A DNA stretch of 64,000 nucleotides from Candidatus Binatia bacterium (GCA_963666315.2 CAXXHG010000041.1:27625-91624), one strand, 5' to 3'. Positions 50,086 through 61,834 are shown, numbered from the stretch's first letter. The notes: generated from the letters alone by a model not told the origin. Numbers and translations are program-made.

Positions 50086-50907
50086 ATGAAACAGCAGCTC
50101 GCCACGTTGACCGCTGAGGTCACCTTTCCCGAACGCGAAAAATTTACCGCACCGCTGCTGCTGCTTCCCGGCTTGTGGACTGGCGGCTGGGTATGGAACG
50201 AAGTCACCTGGAGATTTTCCCAACGCGGCTGGGAGTGCTGGGCGCTTGATTGTTATCAGGCCGAGGCAGCTTCTCAACGCGGCAAAATATCCTTTGCCCA
50301 GCAGCTGCATACGATAACCACCGCCCTCTCTTCGCTTGATAACGCACCGATTGTATTAGGTTTTGATGTCGGCAGTGTGTTTGCCCTGTTGGCTGCCGAA
50401 CGCATACGCCCTCGGGCAGTCGTGTGCATTGCCCCTCTTCTGCCGTGCAACTGGACGCCGGAGAGACGCCCGGCCCTCCCTCTTGTCCGACTCATGGCGC
50501 TGCCTGCGCTGCTATGGAGTCGTCCCCACCCTCCGCCGTATCGACGTATGGCACGGGATTTTCTTTTTCATAGTGTTCCGACCGCCATGCACAACCAACT
50601 GCATGCCCACCTTGAACCGGATTCAGGCCATATCGTCCGCACCCTCACGCGGGACTCAGTGCCCCTGCCAGCCATTCCTCTGCCATGCCCGGCCTCTATT
50701 GTGTGGGGACAAGAAGACCGCATGAATGCTCCCGCAGCCTCTCGCCAGCTCGCGGATTTTCTGCATGCAGACAGTCTGATCTATCCGGACCAAGGCCACT
50801 GGCTCCTCTCTGGTCCACAGGCTGCTCTCCTTGTTACCGATGTCCATCGCTGGCTCATCCGGACGTTGGGCGAGGGGCTTTTACTGCCTCCAGAAGACGG
50901 CGCATGA
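50086..50907 (+). CDS. alpha/beta hydrolase fold protein
   Basis: LLLPGLWTGGWVW, GFDVG, WGQED, GHW. Confidence 0.75.
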   Translation: MKQQLATLTAEVTFPEREKFTAPLLLLPGLWTGGWVWNEVTWRFSQRGWECWALDCYQAEAASQRGKISFAQQLHTITTALSSLDNAPIVLGFDVGSVFALLAAERIRPRAVVCIAPLLPCNWTPERRPALPLVRLMALPALLWSRPHPPPYRRMARDFLFHSVPTAMHNQLHAHLEPDSGHIVRTLTRDSVPLPAIPLPCPASIVWGQEDRMNAPAASRQLADFLHADSLIYPDQGHWLLSGPQAALLVTDVHRWLIRTLGEGLLLPPEDGA

Positions 50908-51012
50908 CGTGAGTCGCCTGAACGGTCTGGATCGTTCTCCTCACAACCTGGTATAATAGAGCAAAGAGCCGGATCGGCGCGTATCTTTCCAAGTCAAAGT
51001 CTATCCATTTTT

Positions 51013-53046
51013 ATGCTGCAACTCATTAATCTCTCTCTCGCTTTTGGCGAACAGGAACTTTTTCGCAATCTCAACTGGCATGTTCGGGACGGTGACCGGG
51101 TGGGTGTGGTCGGACCCAATGGCGCCGGCAAGACGACGTTGTTTCGTTTGCTGACCGGCCAGATTGAACCTGATGCCGGTGTGGTGCAACGCGGGCGAGA
51201 TCTCAGCATAGGCTATCTTCCCCAAGAAGGTATCCCGCTGTCCGGGCGCGACCTCTTTACGGAAACCCGCTCGGCATTGCCTGAACTGACCGCGCTGCAA
51301 CAGGAATTAGAGACGCTGCAAACAGCGCTCGAAAGCGCGAACGGGGCAAGTCCAGCTTCAGACATACACGCGGCACACAACGCTCGGCACGATGCTCTCA
51401 TCGAGCGGCAGGGAGAAATCCAGCATCGCATCGAAGAGCTGGACGGCTTTCGGGCCGACGCTGAAGTCGCCAAAATATTAACCGGCTTAGGCTTTCACGA
51501 AGATCAGTTCTCCTCGCCACTAGAGACCTTTAGCGGCGGCTGGCAAATGCGTATCGCGCTTGCCAAGCTCTTACTACAACAACCGGATGTCTTGTTGCTT
51601 GACGAGCCGACCAACCACCTCGACCTGGATTCTCTGGTCTGGTTGGAATCGTATCTGCGTAATTATCGCGGCAGTATTGTCCTGATTTCTCACGACCGGA
51701 CCTTTCTTGACCGCATGGTCAACCGCATTGTCGCCTTCCATCACTGCACCTTGACCGAGTATACGGGCAACTATTCCACCTTTGAGCGCCTGTTTGAAGA
51801 ACAATTGGAGACCTACCGGAAGGCTTATGCTGCGCAACAGGATGAGATTGAGCGCATTACGCGTTTCATTAACACCTTCCGTTACAATGCGCGTAAGGCC
51901 TCGCAAGTACAGAGCCGGATCAAACAACTTGAGAAAATGGAGAAACTCGACCGGCCGCAAGACGTGCCGAAGGGTGTCCGCTTTCATTTCCCCCCGGCAC
52001 CCCGGAGTGGACGCCGGGTTATCGAGCTCCAGGGCCTGTGCAAACACTACGCAGACGTGCAGGTATTCAATGATCTCAACCTCGTCATCGAGCGCGGTGA
52101 CCGGGTAGCCTTGGTCGGCGTCAACGGGGCAGGCAAATCCACCCTGACTCGCATCTTGTCTGGAGTCGAAGAGCCGACGTCAGGCACGTGTCAGCTCGGT
52201 CACCAGGTCGTCCTGGATTACTATGCCCAGCAGCAAGCCGAGCGCTTACAGAGTAACAACACCGTCTACGAAGAAATCGTCCGCCATGCTGCGACCGCAG
52301 TCGTCCCTCGGCTGCGTACCCTGCTCGGTGCCTTTCTCTTTTCCGGCGATGCCGTGGAAAAACGGGTCGCCGTCCTCAGTGGAGGCGAGAAAAGTCGCCT
52401 CGCCTTGGCCAAAATGCTCTTGCAAGCTTCAAATACGCTCATTCTTGACGAGCCGACCAACCATCTCGATATACGCACCAAAGATATCGTGAAAGAAGCC
52501 TTACTGCAGTTTGGCGGGACTTTTCTCATTGTCTCGCATGACCGCTATTTCCTAAACGGACTGGTGACCAAGGTCATGGAACTGCACGACGGACACTTCA
52601 CCACGTATACCGGTACGTTTGAGGAGTTCCTCGACTGGAAAGAACGCCAGAAAACCCGGCCTACCCAACCCGCCCAGACACAGCCCGCCTCTCAGGCTGC
52701 TCCGGCGCGTGCTGCGCTGTCTTCTCCAGCACCGAACACCGACGGCATCGCCGGTGCACTGGCCGCCATTCACCAAGCCAAGCACGGTAAATTATCCTAC
52801 CAAGAACAAAAAGCCGCGCGGGCCGGGCGCCAGAAACGAGGCAAACGTTTGGCCGCTCTAGAAAAGAGTATTGCTGCGCTTGAGGCCAAGAAAGATCAGC
52901 TCGAAGCCTTGCTCGCGGACGAAAAAACTTTTCAACATCAGGACACAGCGCGCGACGTCAGCACGCAGTACGAACAGCTCAAACAACAACTAGACGAAGC
53001 CTATCTTGCATGGACAGCACTGGCTGAAGAACACGAAACCGCATAG
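51013..53046 (+). CDS. ABC-F family ATPase
   Basis: two ABC domains (GPNGAGKT, FSGGW, LDEPTNHLD; GVNGAGKS, LSGGE); no TM segments. Confidence 0.93.
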   Translation: MLQLINLSLAFGEQELFRNLNWHVRDGDRVGVVGPNGAGKTTLFRLLTGQIEPDAGVVQRGRDLSIGYLPQEGIPLSGRDLFTETRSALPELTALQQELETLQTALESANGASPASDIHAAHNARHDALIERQGEIQHRIEELDGFRADAEVAKILTGLGFHEDQFSSPLETFSGGWQMRIALAKLLLQQPDVLLLDEPTNHLDLDSLVWLESYLRNYRGSIVLISHDRTFLDRMVNRIVAFHHCTLTEYTGNYSTFERLFEEQLETYRKAYAAQQDEIERITRFINTFRYNARKASQVQSRIKQLEKMEKLDRPQDVPKGVRFHFPPAPRSGRRVIELQGLCKHYADVQVFNDLNLVIERGDRVALVGVNGAGKSTLTRILSGVEEPTSGTCQLGHQVVLDYYAQQQAERLQSNNTVYEEIVRHAATAVVPRLRTLLGAFLFSGDAVEKRVAVLSGGEKSRLALAKMLLQASNTLILDEPTNHLDIRTKDIVKEALLQFGGTFLIVSHDRYFLNGLVTKVMELHDGHFTTYTGTFEEFLDWKERQKTRPTQPAQTQPASQAAPARAALSSPAPNTDGIAGALAAIHQAKHGKLSYQEQKAARAGRQKRGKRLAALEKSIAALEAKKDQLEALLADEKTFQHQDTARDVSTQYEQLKQQLDEAYLAWTALAEEHETA

Positions 53047-53069
53047 ACCGACGCAAGGGAGAAGTCAGC

Positions 53070-54054
53070 ATGCGCATCGGCTTAGGACTGCCACCAACCG
53101 GACTCCATTTTGACCTATACCAAAGATATTGCGCGTAAGGCGGATGCGCGCGGATTTGAGAGTCTCTGGAGTGGTGACGCGTGCGGAACGGAGACCTGTA
53201 CCATGGTCAGTGCGTTTCTTGCCTGTACGCAGCGTATTCACGTTGCTACGGGGATCATCTCACTGTATCTCCGACCTCCCACCCTGACGACCATGCAAGC
53301 TGCAAGCATGGATCTCGTCGCGCCTGGCCGAGCCCGGCTGGGTATCGGGGTGAGTACGCGGAATATTAACACCTTCCACGGCATCCCGTGGGATCATCCT
53401 GTAGCTCGCACGCGCGAGTATGTCGACATTGTTCGCCGCATTTTGGCCGGAGAGCGTGTCACCCACGACGGCCAATTCTATACACCCCTCGGGTTTCGGC
53501 TCAGTATGCCGCTCTCAACCAGAATGCCGATTTACCTCGCAGCAGTGAATCCGCACATGCTCCAGCTTGCGGGAGAAATTGCCGACGGTGTTTTACTCGC
53601 GTGGCTACCGGCCAGGCAGATTCCGCATTCACTGGCAGAGATCGCCAAGGGGGCCGAGCGCGCCGGCCGAAGCCTGAGCGACATCGACGTTGGCTGCTAT
53701 GTGCATACATTGGTCAAACAAGATCGGGAACTCGCCCTCAAGCAATTGCGCCACGTACTGGTTGGCTACTGTCAAGCCAACACCTATATCCAGGGCTTTC
53801 GACGCTTTGGCTATAGCGACATTCTGGATGACGTCCATCAGCACTGGCAGGCGGGAGACCGTATAGGGGCAGAAGAAGCGATGCCGGACTCCATGGTCGA
53901 AGATCTTTTTGCATTCGGTCCGCCCGAAGACTGTCAGAAACAGCTGAGCAGGTTTATCGATGCCGGGGTTCAACTGCCTATAGTTGCTGCGCCGCCAACC
54001 TGCCAGCTGACGGGGGAAGATTTGCACGCATTAGTTGAGGCGTTTGAGCAGTAA
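53070..54054 (+). pseudogene. LLM-class oxidoreductase with a frameshift near the N-terminus
   Basis: GGAG RBS and MRIGLGLP at 53070 are out of frame with the body starting about 53110. Confidence 0.7.
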
Positions 54055-54113
54055 ACCCGCCTTGTCAGGACTCGTATGAAGTTGCACAGTGAAGGAGGAT
54101 GGAGGCCAGTTTT

Positions 54114-54326
54114 ATGGCAGCACAAAATGTTTTGCGTTTAGACCCGCAGGAGATTCGGGCACGCAGAGCCCAAGGTGAGGACATTGTCTTTGTGGATGTT
54201 CGAACACAAGCCGCGCGGAGTATACAACCGGAGCAAATTCCAGGTACGCATTGGTTATCATTGGCTATGGATGTGAGTGGTCTGTACTATCCCGCGACCA
54301 CATTCGGGACAGGCGTATTCGAATAA
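54114..54326 (+). pseudogene. rhodanese-like fragment
   Basis: IVFVDVRT..EQIPGT, then degenerates. Confidence 0.5.
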
Positions 54327-54414
54327 TGCTTCAGCCTGCATGGTTTGGGCTCTCCTAGAAACAGAGAGCTTCTTCGCCCCACTCAGGCGGAGTTATCATG
54401 GTTTTGCTAGCGCT

Positions 54415-55410
54415 CTATCCCACCAACTTCGCCAAAATCTGCTCGTACTCTTTGTCATTGTCGGCCTGCACGTTGACGTGATGCAGGTCCACGCCGCTTT
54501 CTTCTTGGGCCTGAAGGCGCTCAATACCCTCTTCAACTGGACCCACACAGCCGGTTGCGTCGACTAACTGATCGGGCACAGCTTCGCCCGCGGCTTGTGA
54601 GCCACCTGCCCAGGCTTTCTTTATTGTCTCAACCGCGTCACCGTAACCCAGTCGGGTCAGTTGGGCAGCATAAAAGGTACCCATACGACCAATATAAAAA
54701 GCCAACATACCAGCCGAGGCGGCACGGGCTTTATCCACGTGCGGAGTGACTGTCACGGTGCCAGGCGCCCGGACAGAGACCGCGTTGGCTGGACGACCAG
54801 CGGCCACGCTCACTTGACGCAGATTGTCAATTTCACTCTTGAGATGTTCAAGCGGAATCATAATCGGCAGCCAGCCGTCGGCCAGCTCTGCCGTCATCTT
54901 CACGCTCTTGGTATTGATAGTCGCCAGATAAATCGGAATGTGATCCCGGATGGGTTTGAATCGCAGCGTAAAGCCGCGTTGGAGATCAAACAGCTTACCC
55001 GAATATTTGAGCGGTTCCCCGCACATAATCGTGTTGATGATTTCAACATACTCACGCAGGCGTTGCAGCGGTAGTTTGAACTCCACGCCGTGAAAATGCT
55101 CAATCACCTGTGGCCCGCTGGTCCCGAGGCCAAGCAGCATGCGCCCACCAGCCAGCTCATCCATAGTCGCAAAATGCTGGGCCAGAGCGGCCGGCGTACG
55201 TGAATAGATATTGACAATCGCGCTGCCGAGCTGAATATTGCGCGTCTTGTCAGCCAGCAGAGTCAAAATAGTAAACGCATCCCGACCCCAGGCTTCCGGC
55301 ACCCAGGCCGAATGCACCCCGGCAGCGTCTGCGATTTGAACCTTTTCACATAACGTCTTGTAATCGATCTTGCCTTGCCAATCGATACCGATCGAAATTT
55401 TACGAGCCAT
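54415..55410 (-). CDS. LLM-class F420-dependent oxidoreductase
   Basis: EAWGRDA, IYSRTPA, GRMLLGLGTSGPQVIE. Confidence 0.88.
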   Translation of the reverse strand: MARKISIGIDWQGKIDYKTLCEKVQIADAAGVHSAWVPEAWGRDAFTILTLLADKTRNIQLGSAIVNIYSRTPAALAQHFATMDELAGGRMLLGLGTSGPQVIEHFHGVEFKLPLQRLREYVEIINTIMCGEPLKYSGKLFDLQRGFTLRFKPIRDHIPIYLATINTKSVKMTAELADGWLPIMIPLEHLKSEIDNLRQVSVAAGRPANAVSVRAPGTVTVTPHVDKARAASAGMLAFYIGRMGTFYAAQLTRLGYGDAVETIKKAWAGGSQAAGEAVPDQLVDATGCVGPVEEGIERLQAQEESGVDLHHVNVQADNDKEYEQILAKLVG

Positions 55411-55594
55411 ACTGTCCTCCACAAATTGTTTGGTGGCGCGACTGTAGCATGTTCGTTTTTCACAGTCAGCTATTCCTCTTGTAGGGCAGCCCGATGTGGC
55501 TGTTCTTGTACTTGTGGATCCTTTCCATCCTGCACCAACCGATTAAAGACGATCTCCAAGTCTCTGACACGACCAGGTGTTTTCTGATCGGCTT

Positions 55595-55680
55595 TGCCTT
55601 TGCCGTGTTCTATGCAATTGCCGGCCTCCCCTTAGCCCGGCTTGCCGACCGTTAGCCACGCCGCAGCCTGATCGCGATCA
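55595..55680 (+). pseudogene. MFS transporter remnant
   Basis: AFAVFYAIAGLPLARLADR*PRRSLI (MFS motif A). Confidence 0.55.
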
Positions 55681-55690
55681 GTTAATCTAC

Positions 55691-56293
55691 CTAAATTTGC
55701 ACGTTGATAGCGAAATATACCATCTCGGTTGGCGCAGAAAAATACGCGGCCAGCCTGGACAGAACATCAGGGAAGAATCCACCGACTTGATCGGCCGCTT
55801 GCATCTGTTCTCGGCTTGTCCACAGGCTTATGCCAAGTCCCGTTCCTTGCAAGCGATTTGCCAACCACATCACACCCTGGAAACCCGGCGGCTGTTTGAG
55901 CAGCGGTAAATACTCTTCCTCATATATTGCGAGTGCCGGATAGACATGCTCTTGGGGCACAGGGAGCGTGATCACACGGGCGGCAGGACCACCGACGTGC
56001 TGGCCTGCTCGCACTAAAACTTCATAGTGCTCAAGCTGCGGGTTGTGGGTCAAAAACGGCAGGAGCATGCGGGCAACGGCCTCGCGGCTGCTGAGTTCGG
56101 AGCGTTCGAGTGCCGCCTCAGAGTTCCACAAGGTCACGATAAACCCCGCATGTGTCTGTGCGCTTGATACGACGAGTAGACCGCTAAAGCCCTGTTCTTG
56201 GATCAGCGCCGGCATGACGGCTTGGCGATAGACAGATAGAAAGTCGTTCAGCAGGCCAGGCTTGTATTGCACTGGGACGACACGCGCGTGCAT
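55691..56293 (-). CDS. tandem ABM-like domain protein
   Basis: two repeats of ..GFxG..(T/S)LW.S. Confidence 0.7.
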   Translation of the reverse strand: MHARVVPVQYKPGLLNDFLSVYRQAVMPALIQEQGFSGLLVVSSAQTHAGFIVTLWNSEAALERSELSSREAVARMLLPFLTHNPQLEHYEVLVRAGQHVGGPAARVITLPVPQEHVYPALAIYEEEYLPLLKQPPGFQGVMWLANRLQGTGLGISLWTSREQMQAADQVGGFFPDVLSRLAAYFSAPTEMVYFAINVQI

Positions 56294-56316
56294 ATTATCC
56301 TTCTCCTCTGGCCCCC

Positions 56317-58107
56317 TTACAGCGTGGCCCGCAAATCACTTAAAAACCCCGCAATGACCCGAAAGCCTTTGTCCCAAAATTCCGGCTGGTTAATATCAAT
56401 GCCGATCTGCGCCAGGGCATGCTCCGGGCGTTGTGATCCGCCACTTTCCAAAAGCTGCAAATAGCCGGGAACAAACTCCTCGCCTTGGTCAAGATAACGC
56501 TGGAACAACGCCAAAGTCAGCAATTCCCCAAACGGATAAGAGTAGCAGTAAAACCGGCTATAAATAAAATGCGGAATATACGACCAGCCCCAACGATAGA
56601 CGGGCAGCATTTCCACACTGTCGCCAAAGAGCTTAGCCTGCTCGGCCAGCCAGAGATCACAAATATCGTCGGTGCTGAGCTGTCCGTCACGCCGTTTGGC
56701 ATGAGCGGCCATCTCAAACCGGGTCAGCGCAGTTTGGCGGAAGACGGTACCGTACATGCCTTCTAAAACATCACACAGCAGTGCGCGGCGGGTGTCAGGA
56801 TTGTCTGCTTTGTCGAGCAGATGTCTCGTCAGGACAATTTCTGCAAAGACCGACGCCGTCTCGGCCAACACCAGCGGAGCATCGTACTGGAGAAGTTTCT
56901 GACGTCTGGCCAGCAGGTAATGTACCCCGTGTCCTAATTCGTGCGCAACGGTCGAGACATCGCGTCCGGTGCCGTTATAACTGCACAGCACATACGGGTG
57001 ATGCTGCGGGGAGAGCGCAGCGCAGAATGCCCCGCCGCGTTTGCCTGCTCGCACCTCAGCATCAATCCAGCGTTTGTCAAAAAATTCTCCAGCCAGAGCG
57101 GCAAACTGCGGGTTGAATTTGCCAAAGGCGGTTAGGATTAAATCTTGTGCTGCAGCGAACGAAATTTCTTCTGGCGCAGTTTCGATCGGGGCATACAGGT
57201 CCGTATTCTTGAGACGCTCAAGACCGAGCAGTTCGGCCTTGAGTTGAAAATACTCTTGCGCCAAGGGATAGTGGCGTTCGACTGCCTGCATCATGGCCTC
57301 GACCGTGTGCGGCGCAATTTCATTTGATAAATGCGTCGGTGTGACCACATCGTCATAGTGACGCTGCTCGCACTCAATTTTGTGGTCGAGCAGGAGATTA
57401 TTAAAAACAGCGGTCAGCACCAGCGCGTGCTGCGCATACGTCTCAAGGAACGTCGTGAGTGCCCGCTCACGCAGCCCGCGATCTGCCTGCTGCAAGAGGG
57501 CCATGACCTCCCCATCGGTCAGTAGCTGATCCTCACCGTCAACGGTCAGCGGAAAGCGCAACGAGCCACTCAGTTCATCGTACAACTTCACAAATGCCTG
57601 TTTGCCGGACAGGTTTTTCTGGTTGAGGAGCTGCTCTTCCTTTTCACTTAAGGTATGCGCCTTAAAGCGCCGGACACTTTCGAGATAGTGCCGATAGTCC
57701 TGCATCTCGGCTGCGGTCAGCAACGCAGCCGCCTGTGTATCCTCAAGCGCGATGAGTTCCAGCGAGAAAAAGATCAACAGGTTCTCAATATCGGTTGCCG
57801 CCTCGCGCGTGTGCTGCACGAGTTGTTGAGCCCGCTGGTTCTGGGTGTCAGCGGCAAACAGGAGGGACGCGTAGAACGCCGGTTTCTGCTGCAACTCGGC
57901 AATGGCTTCATATTCAGCGAGCGCGCGGGCTAATGTCGGCCCATCGATTTGCCCGCTTTCGATCTTGCCTCGGTATGTCTGAGCCAAAGCTTCGGCGCAG
58001 CGGCGCGCTTCCCTCAGGTCGATCTCGATCTGTGCGTCGTCCGGACTCGTATACAGTCCCCCAAGATCCCAACACACGCCTGCCGCCTTGAATTCTCCAT
58101 TATCCAT
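56317..58107 (-). CDS. pepF: oligoendopeptidase F (M3B)
   Basis: WDL, GKRGGAF, HELGHGVH, AETASVFAE, FYCYSY. Confidence 0.9.
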   Translation of the reverse strand: MDNGEFKAAGVCWDLGGLYTSPDDAQIEIDLREARRCAEALAQTYRGKIESGQIDGPTLARALAEYEAIAELQQKPAFYASLLFAADTQNQRAQQLVQHTREAATDIENLLIFFSLELIALEDTQAAALLTAAEMQDYRHYLESVRRFKAHTLSEKEEQLLNQKNLSGKQAFVKLYDELSGSLRFPLTVDGEDQLLTDGEVMALLQQADRGLRERALTTFLETYAQHALVLTAVFNNLLLDHKIECEQRHYDDVVTPTHLSNEIAPHTVEAMMQAVERHYPLAQEYFQLKAELLGLERLKNTDLYAPIETAPEEISFAAAQDLILTAFGKFNPQFAALAGEFFDKRWIDAEVRAGKRGGAFCAALSPQHHPYVLCSYNGTGRDVSTVAHELGHGVHYLLARRQKLLQYDAPLVLAETASVFAEIVLTRHLLDKADNPDTRRALLCDVLEGMYGTVFRQTALTRFEMAAHAKRRDGQLSTDDICDLWLAEQAKLFGDSVEMLPVYRWGWSYIPHFIYSRFYCYSYPFGELLTLALFQRYLDQGEEFVPGYLQLLESGGSQRPEHALAQIGIDINQPEFWDKGFRVIAGFLSDLRATL

Positions 58108-58444
58108 TACTCACTCCTCCATCTTCTTCTTGTCCCTTCTTGCAATTATTATCCTGAGGTGTCGATTTTCAATCGTCCCGGCAGGGATGGAGTGTCAAGA
58201 AACTGACACGACTGACCATATCCCCGTTCATGTCTCGCCTCCCTTTCTCTTCTGGCCGTAAGTCATGCGTTCTTGAATAGCTCTGTATAGTGAGAAAACC
58301 ACAAGAATTTTTTGTAAGAGTCCTAATTTCGCAAATTGTGTTCCACTATCAGCCCCTGGCGTTATTCTTGCACACTACCCGGAAAGGTTTTTCTTATGCC
58401 AACTTGTTCCAATGAGGCAATGGCTACCGTAGGGTGAGGTTAGT

Positions 58445-59671
58445 ATGACAATTGCACTGCGTATCATCTTTTTCTTTCTGGTGTTCTCTTTCCAGGTAGG
58501 GGTGTCCCCAGTATGGGACCGTCCGGTACAGGCGGCAACAAGCTATTACAGTATTCAGCTCAGCAGCATTCCTAACAAAAAGAGTGCGCTACAGTTCTAT
58601 GAGAAGATCAAAAGCCAGCCTCAAGCGCGGATTGAACGTATCGGCAAATACTACACCGCTCGAGTTGGTTTGTGGCAGAATCATAGCGACGCACAGGCCA
58701 TTCTGGCCGATGTACGCAAAATCGCGCCAGGAGCCACAATCAGGAAAGCCCTGTACCGTACTGAACGGCTTATTGTTCCGGATTCACTTGATGACCCTGC
58801 TGCGGCTGCCAGCCCAAAGCCGGTTCCTCAAGAGTCGAGTCACGAGCAGGCCCAAGAACATGTACAAGAACCTATAAAAGAAGAGGCAAAAGAGCAGACC
58901 AAACAAAAGCAGGTCAAAGCTCCACCAGAACCGTTACCCTCTCCACCGCCGCCAACGAAAAAACCGGCTGAAACACCGGTCGCAGCCGTGTCGTCTCCAG
59001 CCGACGAGGAACTCTTCTACAGTTTCCAACTGGGAAGCTTCGCCACCAAAACAGAAGCCTAACAGACGTATGCACGTATCAAAGATCTGCCTGATTCTCG
59101 CATAGAACGAACTGGCAAAGCCTATACGGCCCGCTTTGGCCTATGGCAAAATCGAGCCGACGCACTGAAATTTCGGGCTGCAGCCAAGAAAATTGCGCCC
59201 GATGCGTATCTGCGTACCGCCCGACACGTTCCAGACCGGACCGTTTTGATGGAAACTGCGGTGGAAATCGCAACTGCCGGGCAGCCCGAATCCAGTCCGC
59301 AGGTTGATGCCCCCCAGGCAGCCGTACCCCCCGTTAAAAAGCAAGTGGCAACCAATCCAGACAAAAAGCAGGCGGCATCTAGTCCAGACAAAAAGCAGAC
59401 GGCGTCTCGATATTTATTCTATAGCTTTCACTTTGGAAGTTTTCCGGATAAGGACGCTGCAGGCTTAATATACGAAAAAATAAAAATGTTGCCGCAGGCT
59501 CGCGTTGAACAAGACGGGCAAGTCTATCTGCCACGCTTTGGTCTGTGGAAAGAAAAAGGAATGGGTGAGGCCTATCTTTCCCTTGTCCGAGAAATCGCTA
59601 TGGAAGCCACTTTACAGCAGGTTACTCTCCCACCCGACCAGATTGTTTTACCAAGCTTTAGTAGTAATTGA
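58445..59671 (+). pseudogene. exported protein with three SPOR-like repeats, in-frame TAA at 59060
   Basis: signal peptide; three YS(I/F)xxxS..RxE..GLW repeats separated by Pro/Lys linkers; frame continues after the TAA. Confidence 0.7.
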
Positions 59672-59942
59672 GCGGGTGTGGTTTCCGGCTCTTTGGAAAC
59701 CACACCCGCCTTGGAACCTCTTCTCGCGCGCGCTAGATGCGATTTTTGCTCGCGTTCTCCTAGTCCACATGCGGCCCCCTACCCAATCTAACGCTTTTCT
59801 CATCCAGCTTAATCCCTGCTGAGGGCGCCTCGCTGAGCGCGCCCTGGGCACTCAGTGGGCCCTCGCTTGACTTCTCCTGTGCGGTAATGGCAGACAGAGG
59901 GGTCAGTTAAAGGTTTTCGCAGAGGTTTTCGGAGGGATAATA

Positions 59943-60410
59943 ATGATCACCAACGGCGTTTCCCATATTGCGATCGGGGTGCGTGACCTGGATACCTCGC
60001 TCCAATTTTATCGTGATCTGCTCGGCTTTGAGGTTGTCCGCGACGAGGTCCAAGAAACGCGGGGCACGGTCCTGCCTGCGTTGTATAAAGATCCGCATGA
60101 CCGGCGCCGGGTGGCAACATTGTATTGGAAAAAGGGCAAACATGAGGCGTTTCTGGTCCTGTCTGAACATTCCGATAAACCGGTGAGTGGCGAGCCGATT
60201 AAGCTTGACCAGATCGGCATCCATCATTTTGCTTTTTGGGTAGAGAATCTGCCCCAGGTCTATAAAGAGTTGACAGCCAAAGGCGCCGATTTCGTCGTGC
60301 CGCCTACGGTAACAAAAACCAAGGATGGCAATTTCAATAGCGCCTTCCTACGTGACCCAGACGGCATTCTAGTCCAGCTCGATGAGTTGGCGCAGGACGA
60401 GAAGGATTAA
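59943..60410 (+). CDS. VOC/glyoxalase family protein
   Basis: HIAIGVRDLDTSLQFY, GIHHFAF, RDPDGILVQL. Confidence 0.88.
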   Translation: MITNGVSHIAIGVRDLDTSLQFYRDLLGFEVVRDEVQETRGTVLPALYKDPHDRRRVATLYWKKGKHEAFLVLSEHSDKPVSGEPIKLDQIGIHHFAFWVENLPQVYKELTAKGADFVVPPTVTKTKDGNFNSAFLRDPDGILVQLDELAQDEKD

Positions 60411-60447
60411 CGGTAGCGCTTTGCTTAATGCGGGAAAGGTCGTCGGT

Positions 60448-61800
60448 ATGACCCAGCCATACACACTCACAATTGCAACAGCAGCCGAGCATATGCGCAC
60501 CGGACAACTCTCTCCGGTTGAACTCGTGCGTTCCTGTCTAGACCGGCTCGACCAGCTTGAGCCTCGTCTCCTGGCTTGGGTAACCGTAGATCGTGACGGC
60601 GCCCTGTCTGCAGCACAACGTTGTGAGACAGAAATGAAACAGGGCCAGCATCGCGGTCCTCTACACGGCATCCCGATTGGACTCAAGGATATCTTCTTGA
60701 CTGCGGGCATGAAGACGACCATGGGCTCAGCCATCTATGCCGACTTTGTGCCCGATTATGATGCGACTTCCGTCCGACTCCTGAAGGAAGCAGGCGCGGT
60801 GATTCTCGGCAAAGCCCAAACCACTGAATTTGCCGCCCTCGCTCCATCACCCACCCATAATCCCTGGAATCTTGAACATACACCTGGTGGCTCAAGCAGC
60901 GGCTCAGCCGCAGCCGTCGCGGCTCAGATGTGTTTTGGTGCGCTGGGCTCCCAGACGTATGGCTCGACCATTCGACCGGCTGCGTATTGTGGCTGTGTCG
61001 GCCTCAAGCCCACGTTTGGCCGGATCAGCACCTACGGCGTCTACCCCCTTTCCGGCAGTCTTGATCATGTGGGTATTTTCTCTCGCACGGTCACGGACAT
61101 GGCTCTTCTCCTGCAGGCACTGGCCGGCGAAGATCAGAACGATCCTGTGAGTGCGGCCCAACTTGTTCCGAACTATTCTGCCGCTCTTACCAACCTGCAG
61201 CCACCCCGAATCGGCCTGGTGCGAGAATTTTGTCTCGAAAAAGCCGATGACGAAACGCGCCAGCACGTCGAGACAGTAGCCGATCAATTCTCCCAGGCCG
61301 GGGCAAAGATCGAAGAAGTCCATTTACCCGACAGCTTCAAGGGTGCGCCTGAAGCTCATTTCAATATGATGTTTGTTGAGTCAGCCTTCTCACACAGCGA
61401 GGTCTATAACCAGTACAAAGCGCGCTATAGCCCACAGATGCAGAACCTGATCGAGAAAGGTCGCAAAATCTCAGGCGTAGACTATTTAGAAACGCAACGA
61501 CATCAGCATCTTTTTCGGGATGAACTGGACACGCTGTGCCGAACAGTCGATGTCATGCTCACACCAGCCACGCCTGCTCCTGCACCAAAAGGGTTCACGA
61601 CCACAGGGGACCCGACCTTTAACGGTCCGGCAACCTTTGCCGGCCTGCCGAGCCTGGGTCTACCCTCAGGCCTGAGCAAAACCGGCCTGCCCCTCGGCAT
61701 CCAGCTCATGGCAGCCGCGTTTGCTGAAGAAAAGCTCCTGGCTGTTGGAAAATGGTGTGAGCAGGTGTTGGCGTTCTCGCACACCCCATCCTTGGCATAA
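60448..61800 (+). CDS. amidase signature family enzyme
   Basis: GPLHGIPIGLKD, GGSSSGS, GSTIRPA. Confidence 0.9.
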   Translation: MTQPYTLTIATAAEHMRTGQLSPVELVRSCLDRLDQLEPRLLAWVTVDRDGALSAAQRCETEMKQGQHRGPLHGIPIGLKDIFLTAGMKTTMGSAIYADFVPDYDATSVRLLKEAGAVILGKAQTTEFAALAPSPTHNPWNLEHTPGGSSSGSAAAVAAQMCFGALGSQTYGSTIRPAAYCGCVGLKPTFGRISTYGVYPLSGSLDHVGIFSRTVTDMALLLQALAGEDQNDPVSAAQLVPNYSAALTNLQPPRIGLVREFCLEKADDETRQHVETVADQFSQAGAKIEEVHLPDSFKGAPEAHFNMMFVESAFSHSEVYNQYKARYSPQMQNLIEKGRKISGVDYLETQRHQHLFRDELDTLCRTVDVMLTPATPAPAPKGFTTTGDPTFNGPATFAGLPSLGLPSGLSKTGLPLGIQLMAAAFAEEKLLAVGKWCEQVLAFSHTPSLA

Positions 61801-61801
61801 C

Positions 61802-61829
61802 GTAGGGGCAATTCATGAATTGCCCCTAC
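61802..61829. repeat. GTAG-family REP palindrome
   Basis: perfect 28-bp palindrome GTAGGGGCAATTCATGAATTGCCCCTAC. Confidence 0.85.
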
Positions 61830-61834
61830 ACAGC

